From Gammaproteobacteria bacterium (GTDB taxonomy: Bacteria > Pseudomonadota > Gammaproteobacteria > Pseudomonadales > UBA5518): a stretch of DNA of 64,000 nucleotides. The position numbers were made by a program, and so were the translations under genes. Shown here one piece after another: positions 47,297 to 57,690 of the stretch. The notes below the pieces were generated by a model. The model was not told the DNA's origin, did not search any database, and saw only the letters and a program-made list of their open reading frames with translations. Position 1 is the stretch's first letter; every line of letters begins with the position of its first letter. Where the stretch lies: assembly GCA_016705365.1 (NCBI GenBank), contig JADIYI010000008.1, positions 559,787 through 623,786 on the forward strand, written 5' to 3'.

Positions 47297-50026
47297 ATGA
47301 ACCAGACCGCTACGCCCCCCAGCCTGATTCTGGTCGATGGCTCCTCCTATCTGTACCGTGCATTCCATGCGTTGCCGCCGCTGGCCACGGCCAGTGGCCG
47401 TCCCACCGGTGCGGTGCGCGGCGTGATCGGCATGCTGCGCAAACTCTGCCAGCAATACCCGGACACCCCGGTGGTCGTGGTGTTCGATGCCAAGGGCAGG
47501 ACTTTCCGCGACGATATCTTCGCCGAGTACAAGGCCAACCGACCACCGATGCCGGAAGAGCTGCGCGCGCAGATCGAGCCGGTGCATGCGATCGTGCGCG
47601 CAATGGGACTGCCGCTGCTGTGCGTGCCGGGGGTCGAGGCCGACGATGTGATCGGCACCCTGGCCGCAAGAGTCAGCGCTGATGGCGGACAGGTGCTGAT
47701 CTCCACCGGCGACAAGGATATCGCCCAGCTGGTGAGCGAACGTGTCACGCTGATCAACACCATGAGCGATACCCGTCTCGACGAGACGGGGGTGCGCGAG
47801 AAGTTCGGCATCGCGCCGGGGCAGATGGTCGACCTGCTGGCGCTGATGGGCGACAAGGTCGACAACATTCCCGGGGTGCCGGGCGTGGGGGAAAAAACCG
47901 CGCTGGCATTGCTGCAGGGTCTTGGCAGTCTCGATGCGATCTACGCCGACCTCGATGCGGTTGCCGGCGTCGCGGTGCGTGGTGCGGGACGTCTCGGCGC
48001 GAAGCTCGCGGCGCAACGCGAGCAGGCCATGCTGTCACGCGAGCTGGCCACGATCCGCACCGATGTGCCGCTCGGTACCGAGGCCGATGCGTTGCACAAT
48101 CGCGAACCCGATCGCGAGGCGCTGGGCAAATGGTACCGTGATCTCGAGTTCAACAGCTGGCTCGCGGAGCTGGCGGCCGGCGCGGAGAGCGCTGCCACTT
48201 CGGCGGCGCCGGCGCCCGCGGCGAATTACGAAACCGTGCTCGATCGCAAGGCGCTGGATCGCTGGGTCGCAACCCTGGCCTCGGTACCGCTGTTTGCGGT
48301 GGATACCGAGACCACGGCGCTGGACTACATGCGCGCGCGGGTGGTGGGCGTGTCGCTTGCGGTCGAGCCCGGGCACGCTGCCTATATCCCCTTCGGCCAC
48401 GACTATCTGGGGGCACCCGAGCAGCTGACGGAGCGTGAGGTGCTCGAGGCCCTGCGTCCGCTGCTCGAGGCCGAGACGCCGCGGAAGGTCGGGCAGAACC
48501 TGAAGTACGATCGCAGTGTACTGCTCAACCATGGCATCGAGCTCGCGGGCATCGCCTACGATACGATGCTCGAATCCTATGTGCTGGACTCGGTGGGATC
48601 GCGCCATGACATGGACTCGCTGGCGCTCAAGCACCTCGATTACCGCACGACCTCATTCGAGGAGGTGGCGGGCAAGGGCGCCAAACAGATCAGTTTCAAC
48701 CAGGTGAACCTGGACCAGGCGACACCCTATGCCGCCGAAGATGCCGACATCACCCTGCGCCTGCACCAGGCGTTGTGGCCGCAACTCGAATCCGCGCCCG
48801 CCCTGTGCCGCGTGTTCACCGAGATAGAAATGCCGCTGGTGCCGGTGCTGTCGCGTCTCGAGCGCCACGGGGCGCTGGTCGATGGCGCGCTGCTGGCGGT
48901 ACAGAGTCGCGAGCTTGGAGAACGGCTGCTGGAGATCGAGGCACGCGCTTTCGAGGTCGCGGGGCAGCGCTTCAATCTCGGTTCGCCCAAACAGCTGCAG
49001 GACATCCTGTTCGACAAGCTCGGGCTGCCGCAGATCGGCAAGACACCTACCGGCCAGCCGTCCACCGCGGAGCCGGTGTTGCAGGAGCTGGCGGAAAATT
49101 ACGAACTGCCGCGGGTGATTCTCGAGTACCGCGGGCTCAGCAAGCTGAAGTCGACCTACACCGACCGCCTGCCCGAACAGATCAACCCCGCGACCCACCG
49201 GGTACACACCTCGTACCAGCAGGCAGTCACCGCGACCGGCAGGCTGTCCTCGACCGATCCCAATCTGCAGAACATTCCGGTGCGCACCGCCGAGGGGCGG
49301 CGCATCCGGCAGGCTTTCATCGCGCCCCCGGGGTGGCGCCTCCTGGCGGCCGACTATTCGCAGATCGAATTGCGCATCATGGCGCACCTGTCGGGCGATC
49401 GCGGTTTGATCGAGGCGTTTCGCAACGGGCTCGATGTGCACCGCGCTACCGCGGCAGAGGTGTTCGGGATGGACATCGCGGCGGTCACGGACGATCAGCG
49501 CCGTAGCGCCAAGGCGATCAACTTTGGTTTGATCTACGGCATGTCCGCGTTCGGGCTGGCGCGGCAGCTCGGGGTTGGCCGCCAGGAGGCGCAAGCCTGG
49601 ATGGACCGCTATTTTGCCCGCTATCCGGGCGTGCAGTGTTATATGGACGAGATCCGTCGCAAGGCCGCCGACGAGGGATTCGTCGAGACCCTGTTCGGCC
49701 GCAGGCTCTATCTGCCCGATATCCGTTCGCGCAATCCCAACAGCCGCCAGGCAGCGGAGCGCACCGCGATCAATGCGCCGATGCAGGGCAGCGCAGCCGA
49801 TATCATCAAGCGCGCGATGATCGGGGTGGACCAGTGGCTGCGGGGCGATGAGGTGCCGGCGTGCATGGTCATGCAGGTGCATGACGAGCTCGTGTTCGAG
49901 GTGCGCGAGGATGTGGTAGCCGAGGTCACGGCGCGGGTGCGTGCGCTGATGTCAGGGGCTGCCGGTCTCGAGGTCGAACTGGTGGTCGATGTCGGGACCG
50001 GGTGCAACTGGGACGAGGCTCACTGA
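47297..50026 (+). CDS. polA: DNA polymerase I
   Basis: ATG 47297. 5'-nuclease ([16 protein letters not shown]), 3'-5' exonuclease (FAVDTETT) and polymerase motifs ([35 protein letters not shown]). Confidence 0.97.
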   Translation: MNQTATPPSLILVDGSSYLYRAFHALPPLATASGRPTGAVRGVIGMLRKLCQQYPDTPVVVVFDAKGRTFRDDIFAEYKANRPPMPEELRAQIEPVHAIVRAMGLPLLCVPGVEADDVIGTLAARVSADGGQVLISTGDKDIAQLVSERVTLINTMSDTRLDETGVREKFGIAPGQMVDLLALMGDKVDNIPGVPGVGEKTALALLQGLGSLDAIYADLDAVAGVAVRGAGRLGAKLAAQREQAMLSRELATIRTDVPLGTEADALHNREPDREALGKWYRDLEFNSWLAELAAGAESAATSAAPAPAANYETVLDRKALDRWVATLASVPLFAVDTETTALDYMRARVVGVSLAVEPGHAAYIPFGHDYLGAPEQLTEREVLEALRPLLEAETPRKVGQNLKYDRSVLLNHGIELAGIAYDTMLESYVLDSVGSRHDMDSLALKHLDYRTTSFEEVAGKGAKQISFNQVNLDQATPYAAEDADITLRLHQALWPQLESAPALCRVFTEIEMPLVPVLSRLERHGALVDGALLAVQSRELGERLLEIEARAFEVAGQRFNLGSPKQLQDILFDKLGLPQIGKTPTGQPSTAEPVLQELAENYELPRVILEYRGLSKLKSTYTDRLPEQINPATHRVHTSYQQAVTATGRLSSTDPNLQNIPVRTAEGRRIRQAFIAPPGWRLLAADYSQIELRIMAHLSGDRGLIEAFRNGLDVHRATAAEVFGMDIAAVTDDQRRSAKAINFGLIYGMSAFGLARQLGVGRQEAQAWMDRYFARYPGVQCYMDEIRRKAADEGFVETLFGRRLYLPDIRSRNPNSRQAAERTAINAPMQGSAADIIKRAMIGVDQWLRGDEVPACMVMQVHDELVFEVREDVVAEVTARVRALMSGAAGLEVELVVDVGTGCNWDEAH

Positions 50027-50646
50027 GCGCCGTCGCAGGGCGGCGTGTACCATTTGTCGAGCACGGCGCGCGCCTCATCGACCCCGGCGCCGCTCAGTGC
50101 CGAGAATAGCTGTACCGTTGCACCCGGGAACCAGCCGAGGTTCCGGCGCACGCCGAGCAGCGTTGCCTTGGCTGGGCCGCGTGCGAGCTTGTCGGACTTG
50201 GTGAGCAGCACGTGCAGCGCGATGTTGCTGCGCGCCACCCATTCGATCAGCGTGATGTCCTGCTCCTTCAGCGGGTGACGCGCGTCCATCAGCAACACGA
50301 TGCCCGCCAGCGAACGTCTTGCGCCAAGATAGGATTCGACCAGCTTGCCCCACTGCTTGCGCATCTCGATCGGCACCTTGGCAAAGCCGTAACCGGGCAG
50401 ATCGACCAGGCGCAGGCTCTCCGCGAGACTGAAAAAGTTGATCTGCTGCGTGCGCCCCGGCGTCTTGCTCGCCCGCGCCAGCTTGCGATGATCGCAGATC
50501 GCATTGATCGCGCTCGATTTGCCCGCGTTCGAGCGCCCCGCAAATGCCACCTCGATGCCCTGGTCGGGCGGGCACTGGGACACCCGCGCGGCACTCAGAA
50601 TGAAGCTGGCGCCACGATAATCCGGCGGCGCAAAACGATGGGACAA
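50020..50646 (-). CDS. engB: Ribosome-biogenesis GTPase EngB/YihA
   Basis: G1 [10 protein letters not shown]3 DLPGYG, G4 TKSDK. The stop overlaps the polA stop region by 7 nt (convergent). Confidence 0.9.
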   Translation of the reverse strand: MSHRFAPPDYRGASFILSAARVSQCPPDQGIEVAFAGRSNAGKSSAINAICDHRKLARASKTPGRTQQINFFSLAESLRLVDLPGYGFAKVPIEMRKQWGKLVESYLGARRSLAGIVLLMDARHPLKEQDITLIEWVARSNIALHVLLTKSDKLARGPAKATLLGVRRNLGWFPGATVQLFSALSGAGVDEARAVLDKWYTPPCDGAQ

Positions 50647-50682
50647 AGGCCAATTCCTCCAATTTCCGTTAGCGGGCCGCTT

Positions 50683-50691
50683 TGTTATACT
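50683..50691 (+). promoter_or_regulatory. Extended -10 element TGTTATACT upstream of the cytochrome c5 gene
   Basis: Same 9-mer as upstream of coxB, about 99 nt before ATG 50790. Confidence 0.3.
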
Positions 50692-50789
50692 GCGCGCGCC
50701 TGATTCGGTAAGCAGTCTAGCATGTGGTCTGGAGCGGCCCTGCGGAGGCCATCGAATCGGTTTCCACCCGCTATCCTATGGAGTACTTC

Positions 50790-51086
50790 ATGAAGAATTT
50801 CGCACTTGGCACCCTGCTGCTGGCATCCTCGATGGCCTACGCCGACCGCAGCGCCGACGAGATTTATCCGAACACCTGCGGCGTCTGTCATGGCGCTGGT
50901 GTCGCCGGCGCTCCGACAGCCCATGATGCCACCCTGTGGCAGCCGCGCTTTGACGCCAAGGGCATGGATGGCCTTATGGAAAGTGTGCACAACGGTCTGA
51001 ACGCGATGCCGGCCAAGGGCATGTGCATGGATTGCACCGATACCGAGTACAAGGCGCTGATCGAATTCATGATGAAGGCGTCCTGA
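50790..51086 (+). CDS. Cytochrome c5-family monoheme cytochrome
   Basis: GGAG 6 nt upstream of ATG 50790. Signal peptide. CGVCHG heme site. A later CMDC pair is typical of c5. Confidence 0.8.
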   Translation: MKNFALGTLLLASSMAYADRSADEIYPNTCGVCHGAGVAGAPTAHDATLWQPRFDAKGMDGLMESVHNGLNAMPAKGMCMDCTDTEYKALIEFMMKAS

Positions 51087-51120
51087 GTATTTCGCCCGTT
51101 TTCCCGCTGATTGCAAAGGA

Positions 51121-51735
51121 TTGATTACCGTGATCAAGACCATGGTTTGGGTGATGGCTGCAACCCTGTTTGCGGCCAATGCGCTGGCGGCCGGCAATGC
51201 CGACGCCGGCAAGAGCAAGACGGTTGCCTGCGGCGCCTGTCACGGCGCTGACGGCAACAGCCTCGCTCCTGCGTTTCCCAAGCTGGCGGGGCAGCATCCG
51301 GGTTACCTGCTGAAACAGCTGAAGGACATCAAGGGCGGCGCACGCAGCGTACCCGCGATGACCGGGCAGCTGGATGCGCTGAACGACCAGGACCTCGCCG
51401 ACATCGCTGCCTACTATGGTGCGCAAAAGGCAACGCCGGGCATGGCCAAGGAGGAGCGGGTGGAACTCGGAGAGAGTGTTTATCGTGCCGGTGTCCGCGA
51501 CAAGGGGGTGGCTGCCTGCACCGCTTGTCATTCGCCGATTGGCGCGGGCAATGCGGCGGCACGCTTCCCGTCCTTGAGTGGGCAGCATGCCGACTACATT
51601 GCGGCGTCGCTGCGCGCCTTCCGCAATGACGAGCGCACCAATGATGGTGATACCCGCATCATGCGCGATGTCGCGAGCCGCCTGAGTGACAAGGAAGTCG
51701 ATGCCGTTGCGAGCTACGCCTCGGGATTGCATTGA
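51121..51735 (+). CDS. Cytochrome c4 (diheme)
   Basis: Two CxxCH sites (CGACHG, CTACHS). Signal peptide. Start is TTG 51121 or ATG 51142. Confidence 0.85.
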   Translation: MITVIKTMVWVMAATLFAANALAAGNADAGKSKTVACGACHGADGNSLAPAFPKLAGQHPGYLLKQLKDIKGGARSVPAMTGQLDALNDQDLADIAAYYGAQKATPGMAKEERVELGESVYRAGVRDKGVAACTACHSPIGAGNAAARFPSLSGQHADYIAASLRAFRNDERTNDGDTRIMRDVASRLSDKEVDAVASYASGLH

Positions 51736-51841
51736 TCCCAGGGCTGGCTTCGGGTGGTAATTTGCCACTCGGCGCACCCGCATCGGAAACCCGGTCCAAT
51801 CACGGTTGTCGAAAGCCCGGACTGTTCGAGGAGCCAGGGGT

Positions 51842-52489
51842 ATGAAGCGATTTCTTGCAATGGGTCTGCTGTTGCTGTTGCCGTTGGCGACGCTGGCTGC
51901 CGATACTGCGCCGGCGTTCGTGGAAGGCAAGCAGTACGAGCGTATTCCCGAGCCGGTGCGCACCGCCGACCCGGCACGCATCGAGGTCGTGGAGGTGTTC
52001 TGGTACGGATGCATCCATTGCTTCCATCTCGATCCGCTGATCAAGGATTGGCAGAAGACACTGCCTGCGGATGTCGACTTCCATCGCTCGCCGGCGATCT
52101 GGAACAAGCCGATGGCGATTCACGCCCAGGCGTTCTATGCAGCCCAGGCGCTCGGTGTGCTCGACAAGGTGCACGATCGGCTGTTTGCCGCACTGAACGT
52201 GGACCGCAGGAAGCTCGATACCGAAGATGAACTTGCCGCGTTCTTCGCCGAGCAGGGAGTCAAGGAACAGGATTTTCGCAAGGCATTCAGTTCGTTCGGT
52301 GTCGAGAACAGCGTCAAGCAGGCAGATGCACGGGCACGCAGTTACCGGATCACCGGAACGCCGGAACTGGTCGTGAACGGCAAGTACCGGATTTCAGCCA
52401 AGACCGCCGGCAGTCCCGAAGCGATGCTGAAAGTCGTTGATTTCCTGGTTGCGCAGGAGCGGGCGGCACGTCCCAAGTCCAGCCCCTGA
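51842..52489 (+). CDS. dsbA: Thiol:disulfide interchange protein DsbA
   Basis: ATG 51842 with a signal peptide. Active site FWYGCIHCFHL. C-terminal GTPELVVNGKY. Confidence 0.85.
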   Translation: MKRFLAMGLLLLLPLATLAADTAPAFVEGKQYERIPEPVRTADPARIEVVEVFWYGCIHCFHLDPLIKDWQKTLPADVDFHRSPAIWNKPMAIHAQAFYAAQALGVLDKVHDRLFAALNVDRRKLDTEDELAAFFAEQGVKEQDFRKAFSSFGVENSVKQADARARSYRITGTPELVVNGKYRISAKTAGSPEAMLKVVDFLVAQERAARPKSSP

Positions 52490-52500
52490 GCCGGCGGCTT

Positions 52501-53256
52501 TCACGTCAGAGCGAGCAGGCCGCGCCAGGCGAGATGTAGCGCGAGCAGGCTCAGCATCCATCTCAGAGCCTGCCTGAACACGCGTTCGGGCAGATGGCCC
52601 AGCAAGCGGAGCCCGACCCAGGTTCCGCCGATACCGCTCGCGATCATCAGCAATGCGAGCAGCAGCCAGCCACGCCATTCAAAACCCGTGGCACCGAATA
52701 CCGCCAGCTTGAGCAGGTTGAGCCCGGTCATGCACGCCGCCGCGCTGGCCACGAACTGGTGACGGTTCAGGCCGAGCCGCTGGATGTAAGCGCCCACCAG
52801 CGGTCCGGTAGCTCCGACAAAAAGGCCGAGAAAGCTCGAGAAGGCGCCGAATAGGGCCATGCCCGTGGTCGAAGTGTTGCCGATGCGCGGCGTTGGCGAC
52901 CACACCATGTACAGCACGAAGACCGCGATACTGAGTTGTAGCCAGTCCATCGGCAAGCGGAACAGCAGCAGCGAACCGAGCAGCGCACCAACGATCCCGC
53001 CCGCCAGCAGCACCGCGGTCACGCGGCACACTACATGCTCGCGTGCCAGCAGTGCGCGTCCGCCATTGGAGCCGAGCTGCACGATGCCGTGCACCGGGAT
53101 CACGGCTGCCGCGGGCATTGTGGTCGCCATCACGGACAGCATCAGCAAGCCGCCCCCGGCGCCAAGCGCGGCGGTCAGGATCGAACTGACGAAGCTCAGC
53201 ACCACCAGCACGACAATACCGAGGTGGTCGAGCGCGGGGGTAATCGGGAGGTCCAT
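52501..53256 (-). CDS. TauE/SafE (DUF81) family anion exporter
   Basis: 251-aa polytopic protein. LGAGGGLLMLSVM and repeated Gly-rich helices are typical of TauE/SafE. Confidence 0.8.
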   Translation of the reverse strand: MDLPITPALDHLGIVVLVVLSFVSSILTAALGAGGGLLMLSVMATTMPAAAVIPVHGIVQLGSNGGRALLAREHVVCRVTAVLLAGGIVGALLGSLLLFRLPMDWLQLSIAVFVLYMVWSPTPRIGNTSTTGMALFGAFSSFLGLFVGATGPLVGAYIQRLGLNRHQFVASAAACMTGLNLLKLAVFGATGFEWRGWLLLALLMIASGIGGTWVGLRLLGHLPERVFRQALRWMLSLLALHLAWRGLLALT

Positions 53257-53398
53257 GACGCAGCAATCCCTCGAGCTTATTCGATAAAATGCAGACCCGG
53301 GTCTATGCTTGAGCTACTCGAAATTGTGTCGCGGAAACCACGGCTTCCGGGCACCGGAACAGCAGGTCCGCAAATCCTGCAGTGGATTTGTCGTAGCA

Positions 53399-53596
53399 AT
53401 GCGAAAACCCAAGCTCAACGAAGAAATCGTGCGCCGTATCGAAGACGCGCTGGACGAACGCAAGAGTGACCGGCGTCGCGACCGCGAGGAGCGCGAGCCG
53501 GCGCCGGAGCGGCGCAACCGCTCCCGACGCAAACAACGCGATTCGGCAGCACCGCGCGAAGGTGTCAGCCAGCCTGCCAGCCTTCCCGGCACCTGA
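53399..53596 (+). CDS. Possible small highly charged protein (65 aa)
   Basis: G/C-biased third positions support coding. No Shine-Dalgarno. A 7-bp hairpin (53371-53390) abuts the ATG. No family recognised. Confidence 0.35.
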   Translation: MRKPKLNEEIVRRIEDALDERKSDRRRDREEREPAPERRNRSRRKQRDSAAPREGVSQPASLPGT

Positions 53597-53620
53597 GCGC
53601 AGGCCGCGGATTCCTGATGC

Positions 53621-55003
53621 TCAGCTCGCGAGAAAGATCTTGCCGGGGTTGAGAATATTGCCCGGATCCAGAGCTCGTTTCAGGGTTTTCATCAGCGCAA
53701 TCTCCTGCGGCGAGCGACTGCACCCGAGCCAGGCGCGCTTATCGAGGCCGATACCGTGTTCGGCCGAAATCGAGCCACCGATACCGGAGAGTTCGCTGTA
53801 AACGAGTTTCTCCACCGCCTGCTTGAGCGCCGGATCATCGCTGCCGAGCGCGATCGCCAGATGCAGATTGCCGTCACCGAGGTGGCCGAAGGTGACCCAG
53901 CGCAGTTCTCCGAGCAACTCCCGCAGCGCCGCCGCGCAACGCTCGAGGTAGCTTTCCATCGCCGCGATCGGCAGGCTGATATCGAATATCGCCAGCGGCC
54001 ACAGCGTCACGACGGACTCGATATTGTCCCGTATGGCCCAGAATGCCTCGCGCTCCTTGCTGTTCTGGGCCAGCACCGCGTCCGTCAGCAGCCCGTTTTC
54101 CAGGGCCCGCCCAAGGGTTGCCAGGAATTGCTCGCCTTCGGCCTCCAGGTCCGCACCGGCCGATTCGATCAGCACATAGAAAGGATATTCGTCGGGCAGC
54201 GGAGGCTCGCCGAGGTGAGGGCCTTTGCAGGCAATGCGGTAATAGCTGTTCCACATCGCCTCGAAGGCGCTCATCCGCCCGCCCAGTTCCCGTTCGATGA
54301 AGGTCAGCAGCTCGATCAGTTTTTCCAGCGAATCGGTCGCTACCAGCGCCGAATTGCGCGCCGGCATCAGTGGTCGCAACCGCAGTACCGCGCGGGTGAT
54401 GATCCCGAGAGTACCTTCGCTGCCAATGAACAAATGCTTGAGGTCGTAGCCGGTATTGTTTTTCAGCACCGCGTTCATCGAGGAAACCACGGTGCCGTCG
54501 GCGAGCACGGCTTCGAGCCCGAGCACCTGCTCGCGCATCATGCCGTAACGGATTACCTGGTTGCCGCCGGCGTTGGTCGCGATGTTGCCGCCGATGGTGG
54601 CGCTGCCGCGGGCGCCGAGATCGAGCGGCATCACCAGCGACTGCGCTTCGGCCGCCTCGTGCACTGCCTGCAAGGTCGCGCCAGCCTGCACCGTCATGGT
54701 GCGGCTACGCGCATCGAGCTGCTCGATGCGGTTCATGCGCTCCAGCGACAACGCGATCTCTCCCGGACCCGCCAGTGCTCCGCTGACCAGGCCGGTCTTG
54801 CCGCCCTCGGTTACAACCGGCTGGCCGGCGGCGTGGCACAAGCGCAGGATCGCGGATATTTCCCCTGTCGAGCGCGGGCGCAGCACCACCAGCGCAGCGC
54901 AATGATTCACCCCCCACGCGCCGCTGCGGCTGCGGGCTTCGTCTCCGCGCAATACGCCACCGGCACCCAACAGCTCGTGCAGTTGATCGATCAGTTCTGC
55001 CAT
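53621..55003 (-). CDS. FAD-linked oxidase (GlcD / D-2-hydroxyacid dehydrogenase-like)
   Basis: FAD_binding_4-type N-terminus (VVLRPRSTGEISAILRLC...PVVTEGGKTGLVSGA). C-terminal ISAEHGIGL and LDPGNILNPGK. Confidence 0.85.
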   Translation of the reverse strand: MAELIDQLHELLGAGGVLRGDEARSRSGAWGVNHCAALVVLRPRSTGEISAILRLCHAAGQPVVTEGGKTGLVSGALAGPGEIALSLERMNRIEQLDARSRTMTVQAGATLQAVHEAAEAQSLVMPLDLGARGSATIGGNIATNAGGNQVIRYGMMREQVLGLEAVLADGTVVSSMNAVLKNNTGYDLKHLFIGSEGTLGIITRAVLRLRPLMPARNSALVATDSLEKLIELLTFIERELGGRMSAFEAMWNSYYRIACKGPHLGEPPLPDEYPFYVLIESAGADLEAEGEQFLATLGRALENGLLTDAVLAQNSKEREAFWAIRDNIESVVTLWPLAIFDISLPIAAMESYLERCAAALRELLGELRWVTFGHLGDGNLHLAIALGSDDPALKQAVEKLVYSELSGIGGSISAEHGIGLDKRAWLGCSRSPQEIALMKTLKRALDPGNILNPGKIFLAS

Positions 55004-55016
55004 GGGCCGGGACTCC

Positions 55017-56582
55017 TCAAAATCCGAGATTCATCGCGGGCATCATCACTTCTATCAGACGTGGTCCGGGTTGCGTCATCGCGTCGCCGAACTGCGCGAA
55101 CAGTTCATCGGCGTTGGTGGCGCGTGTTGCCGTCACACCCATCGACTGCGCCAGCGTCACGAAATCGATATCGGGATTGCCGATATGCATCATGCCGCGC
55201 GCATTGCTGCCCATCGCGGTTGCACCGACCCGCAGGTATTCGAGTTGCAGGATCGCGTAATCGCGATTGGCAAACAGCAGCACGGTCACATCGAGCTTTT
55301 CCCGTGCCATGGTCCACAGTGCCTGGATCGTGTACATGGCGCTGCCATCACCCTCGAGGCAAACGATCTTGGCATCGGGAGCGGCAATCGCGGCACCGAC
55401 AGCCGCCGGCAGACCCCAGCCGATAGAGCCGCCGGTTTGCATGATCCACTGGTGCGAACGGGCCGAGGTGCAGCGTGGAAATACTTCCATCGCACCGGTG
55501 ATGCCCTCGTCGACGATGATCGCGCCTTCCGGCAGCAGCGCCGAAATCACATCACCGACCGTAGCCGTCGAGAGTGCACCGCCCGGCGCTGCCGCGGGCT
55601 GGTCGGGATTGCGCGCCACGTTGCTGCCGTCGGCATGCAATGCGTCCGCGAGCCGCTCCAGCGCATCCTGGCGATCATGAAAATCCTCCGCCAGCGTGAC
55701 GATTTCGCAATCGTCGTGATTGAGCCGACTGGGTACGCCAGGATAGGCGAAGAACGAGGCCGGAGCATTCACGCCGACCAGCACCATGCGGCGCACGGTC
55801 TTCAGATGGTCGATGGCAAACTCGGCGAGGTAGGGGATCTTTTCGTAACTCGGGCGCCCGCCTCCCCACGGAACGCGACTGGCAAAGGTTTCGACCGCGA
55901 GTCGTGCGCCGCAACTGGCCGCAATGCGGGCGGCGACCTCCAGTTCCGTATCGCTGATGTGCCCGCCGAGCAGGATCATCGCCGGCTCCCCGCAATCGAG
56001 CGCCTCGGCTGCACGCGCAATCGCATCGGCGTGCGCCTGGCGCGGTTTTGCCGGTGTCGGGGCCGCGGCCGGCCCGGGCGCGCTGTCGCCCCAGGAAACA
56101 TCCGCCGGCAGGATCAGGGTGGCGATCTGCCCCGGTGCGCTCAAGGCGGCGGCAACGGCCTGTGCCGCATCCGCTGGCAGGTGCTCGCTGGATGAGGAGG
56201 AGTGAACCCAGTGCGACATCGGCTTTGCCACCGCCACCACGTCGGATGTGAGCGGTGTGTCGTACTGCAGATGATAGGTCGCGTGATCGCCGACGATATT
56301 CACGATCGCCGCCTTGCCCTTCTTGGCGTTGTGCAGATTGGCAAGCCCGTTGCCAAGCCCGGGGCCCAGATGCAGCAGCGTGGCCGCCGGCTTGCCTGCG
56401 ATGCGTGAATAGCCGTCGGCGGCTCCGGTGACCACTCCTTCGAACAGCCCGAGCACGCAGCGCATTCCCGCAACCCGATCGAGTGCCGCCACGAAGTGCA
56501 TTTCCGATGTGCCGGGATTGGCAAAGCAGACTTCGACCCCCGAATCGATCAGGGTGCGCAACAGTGCTTCGGCTCCATTCAT
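55017..56582 (-). CDS. Thiamine-diphosphate enzyme, acetolactate synthase large-subunit-like
   Basis: MNGAEALLRTLIDSGVEVCFANPGTSEM N-terminal Pyr domain. ThDP-binding GDGSAMYTIQALWT...N motif. Confidence 0.85.
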   Translation of the reverse strand: MNGAEALLRTLIDSGVEVCFANPGTSEMHFVAALDRVAGMRCVLGLFEGVVTGAADGYSRIAGKPAATLLHLGPGLGNGLANLHNAKKGKAAIVNIVGDHATYHLQYDTPLTSDVVAVAKPMSHWVHSSSSSEHLPADAAQAVAAALSAPGQIATLILPADVSWGDSAPGPAAAPTPAKPRQAHADAIARAAEALDCGEPAMILLGGHISDTELEVAARIAASCGARLAVETFASRVPWGGGRPSYEKIPYLAEFAIDHLKTVRRMVLVGVNAPASFFAYPGVPSRLNHDDCEIVTLAEDFHDRQDALERLADALHADGSNVARNPDQPAAAPGGALSTATVGDVISALLPEGAIIVDEGITGAMEVFPRCTSARSHQWIMQTGGSIGWGLPAAVGAAIAAPDAKIVCLEGDGSAMYTIQALWTMAREKLDVTVLLFANRDYAILQLEYLRVGATAMGSNARGMMHIGNPDIDFVTLAQSMGVTATRATNADELFAQFGDAMTQPGPRLIEVMMPAMNLGF

Positions 56583-56704
56583 GGATTCACTCCCTGGCCG
56601 ACAGGCCGATCTTTAGCTGCTGGATGGTGGCAGATGCGGCGGTTTATCATAGCAACACCCCGCGTGCAACCGGCCGCTCCGGGCCTGCGTCCGTCGTTAC
56701 CACC

Positions 56705-57565
56705 TCAGTCCTCGGCATGGAGATGCATCAGGCCTTCCTGCACCGCGGTGGCGACCAGCCGTCCGTCCCGGGTGTAGATCGAGCCGATATTGAAACCCCT
56801 TCCTCCCGCCGCGCACGGACTGGCCAGGTGATAGTAGAGCCATTCGTCGGCCCGGAAATCGCCGTAGAACCACAGGCCATGGTCGATGCTCGCGGTCTGG
56901 ATTTCGGGGCTGTCGTAGCACAAGGCATGCGGCAGCAGCGCGGTCGACAGCAGGTAATTGTCGGACATGTAGGCGAGCAGCTCGGTGTGGGTGGCGGGAT
57001 TCTCCGCGAGTGCGCCGTTGGCGCGCATCCAGACGCCCATTCGTGCCGCGACATGGCGCGGGCTGGCCGGGTCTTCGCGCTCCACGATGCGGTAATCGAT
57101 CGCGTGGCGCCGCGGCGCCTTGAATCGCTCCGGGTGAACAGCAGCGAGGCGGGTATAGAAATCGAAATCGCTCTCGAGTTGATCGGGTCCCGGTACATCC
57201 GGCATCGGGTCCTGGTGCTGCAGCCCTTTTTCCGGCAACTTGTAGGAGATCGAGGTGCTGAAAATGGCGCGCCCCGCCTGCAGCGCAATCACCCGGCGGG
57301 TGCTGAAGCGTCGCCCGTCACGGATCGGATCGACCTCGTAGAGTATCGGTCGCGCCGGGTCTCCGGGGCGCAGAAAATAGGCGTGCAGCGAATGCACCCG
57401 GCGACTGCCTTCCACGGTGCACGAGGCCGAGTGCATCGCCTGCGCCAGCACTTGCCCGCCGTAGACACGTTTCTCGCGTCCGGCCGGCGTGGTGCCGCGA
57501 AACCGATAGGTATCGAGGTGCTCGACGGCAAGTACATCCAGCAATGCGTCCAGATCATCGCTCAC
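56705..57565 (-). CDS. tesB: Acyl-CoA thioesterase II
   Basis: GTG 57565 with AAGGAA 7 nt upstream gives 286 aa (ATG 57601 is the alternative). YGGQVLAQA, HSLHAYFLRPGD, DPIRDGRRFSTRRV. Confidence 0.85.
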   Translation of the reverse strand: MSDDLDALLDVLAVEHLDTYRFRGTTPAGREKRVYGGQVLAQAMHSASCTVEGSRRVHSLHAYFLRPGDPARPILYEVDPIRDGRRFSTRRVIALQAGRAIFSTSISYKLPEKGLQHQDPMPDVPGPDQLESDFDFYTRLAAVHPERFKAPRRHAIDYRIVEREDPASPRHVAARMGVWMRANGALAENPATHTELLAYMSDNYLLSTALLPHALCYDSPEIQTASIDHGLWFYGDFRADEWLYYHLASPCAAGGRGFNIGSIYTRDGRLVATAVQEGLMHLHAED

Positions 57566-57620
57566 TGCGTGTTTCCTTTCCCGGTGTTGGTGGCGGGCCA
57601 TTTTATGCGCTGGATTATGG

Positions 57621-57643
57621 TATCACCCGACAATTTGGTGATA
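57621..57643. promoter_or_regulatory. Inverted repeat TATCACC-N9-GGTGATA in the tesB / acyl-CoA dehydrogenase divergent region (candidate operator)
   Basis: Perfect 7-bp arms, centred in the 125-bp divergent intergenic region. Confidence 0.35.
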
Positions 57644-57690
57644 ACGTTGCGCCCTTTCCGGATTCCCGTCCAACAAGAGGACGTCACAGC

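Noticed and set aside
57621-57643. TATCACC / GGTGATA half-sites resemble lambda cI/Cro operator half-sites, raising a prophage interpretation
   Set aside because: The spacing (23 bp overall) differs from the 17-bp lambdoid operators. It occurs once, and no phage genes are nearby. It is kept only as a generic candidate operator.
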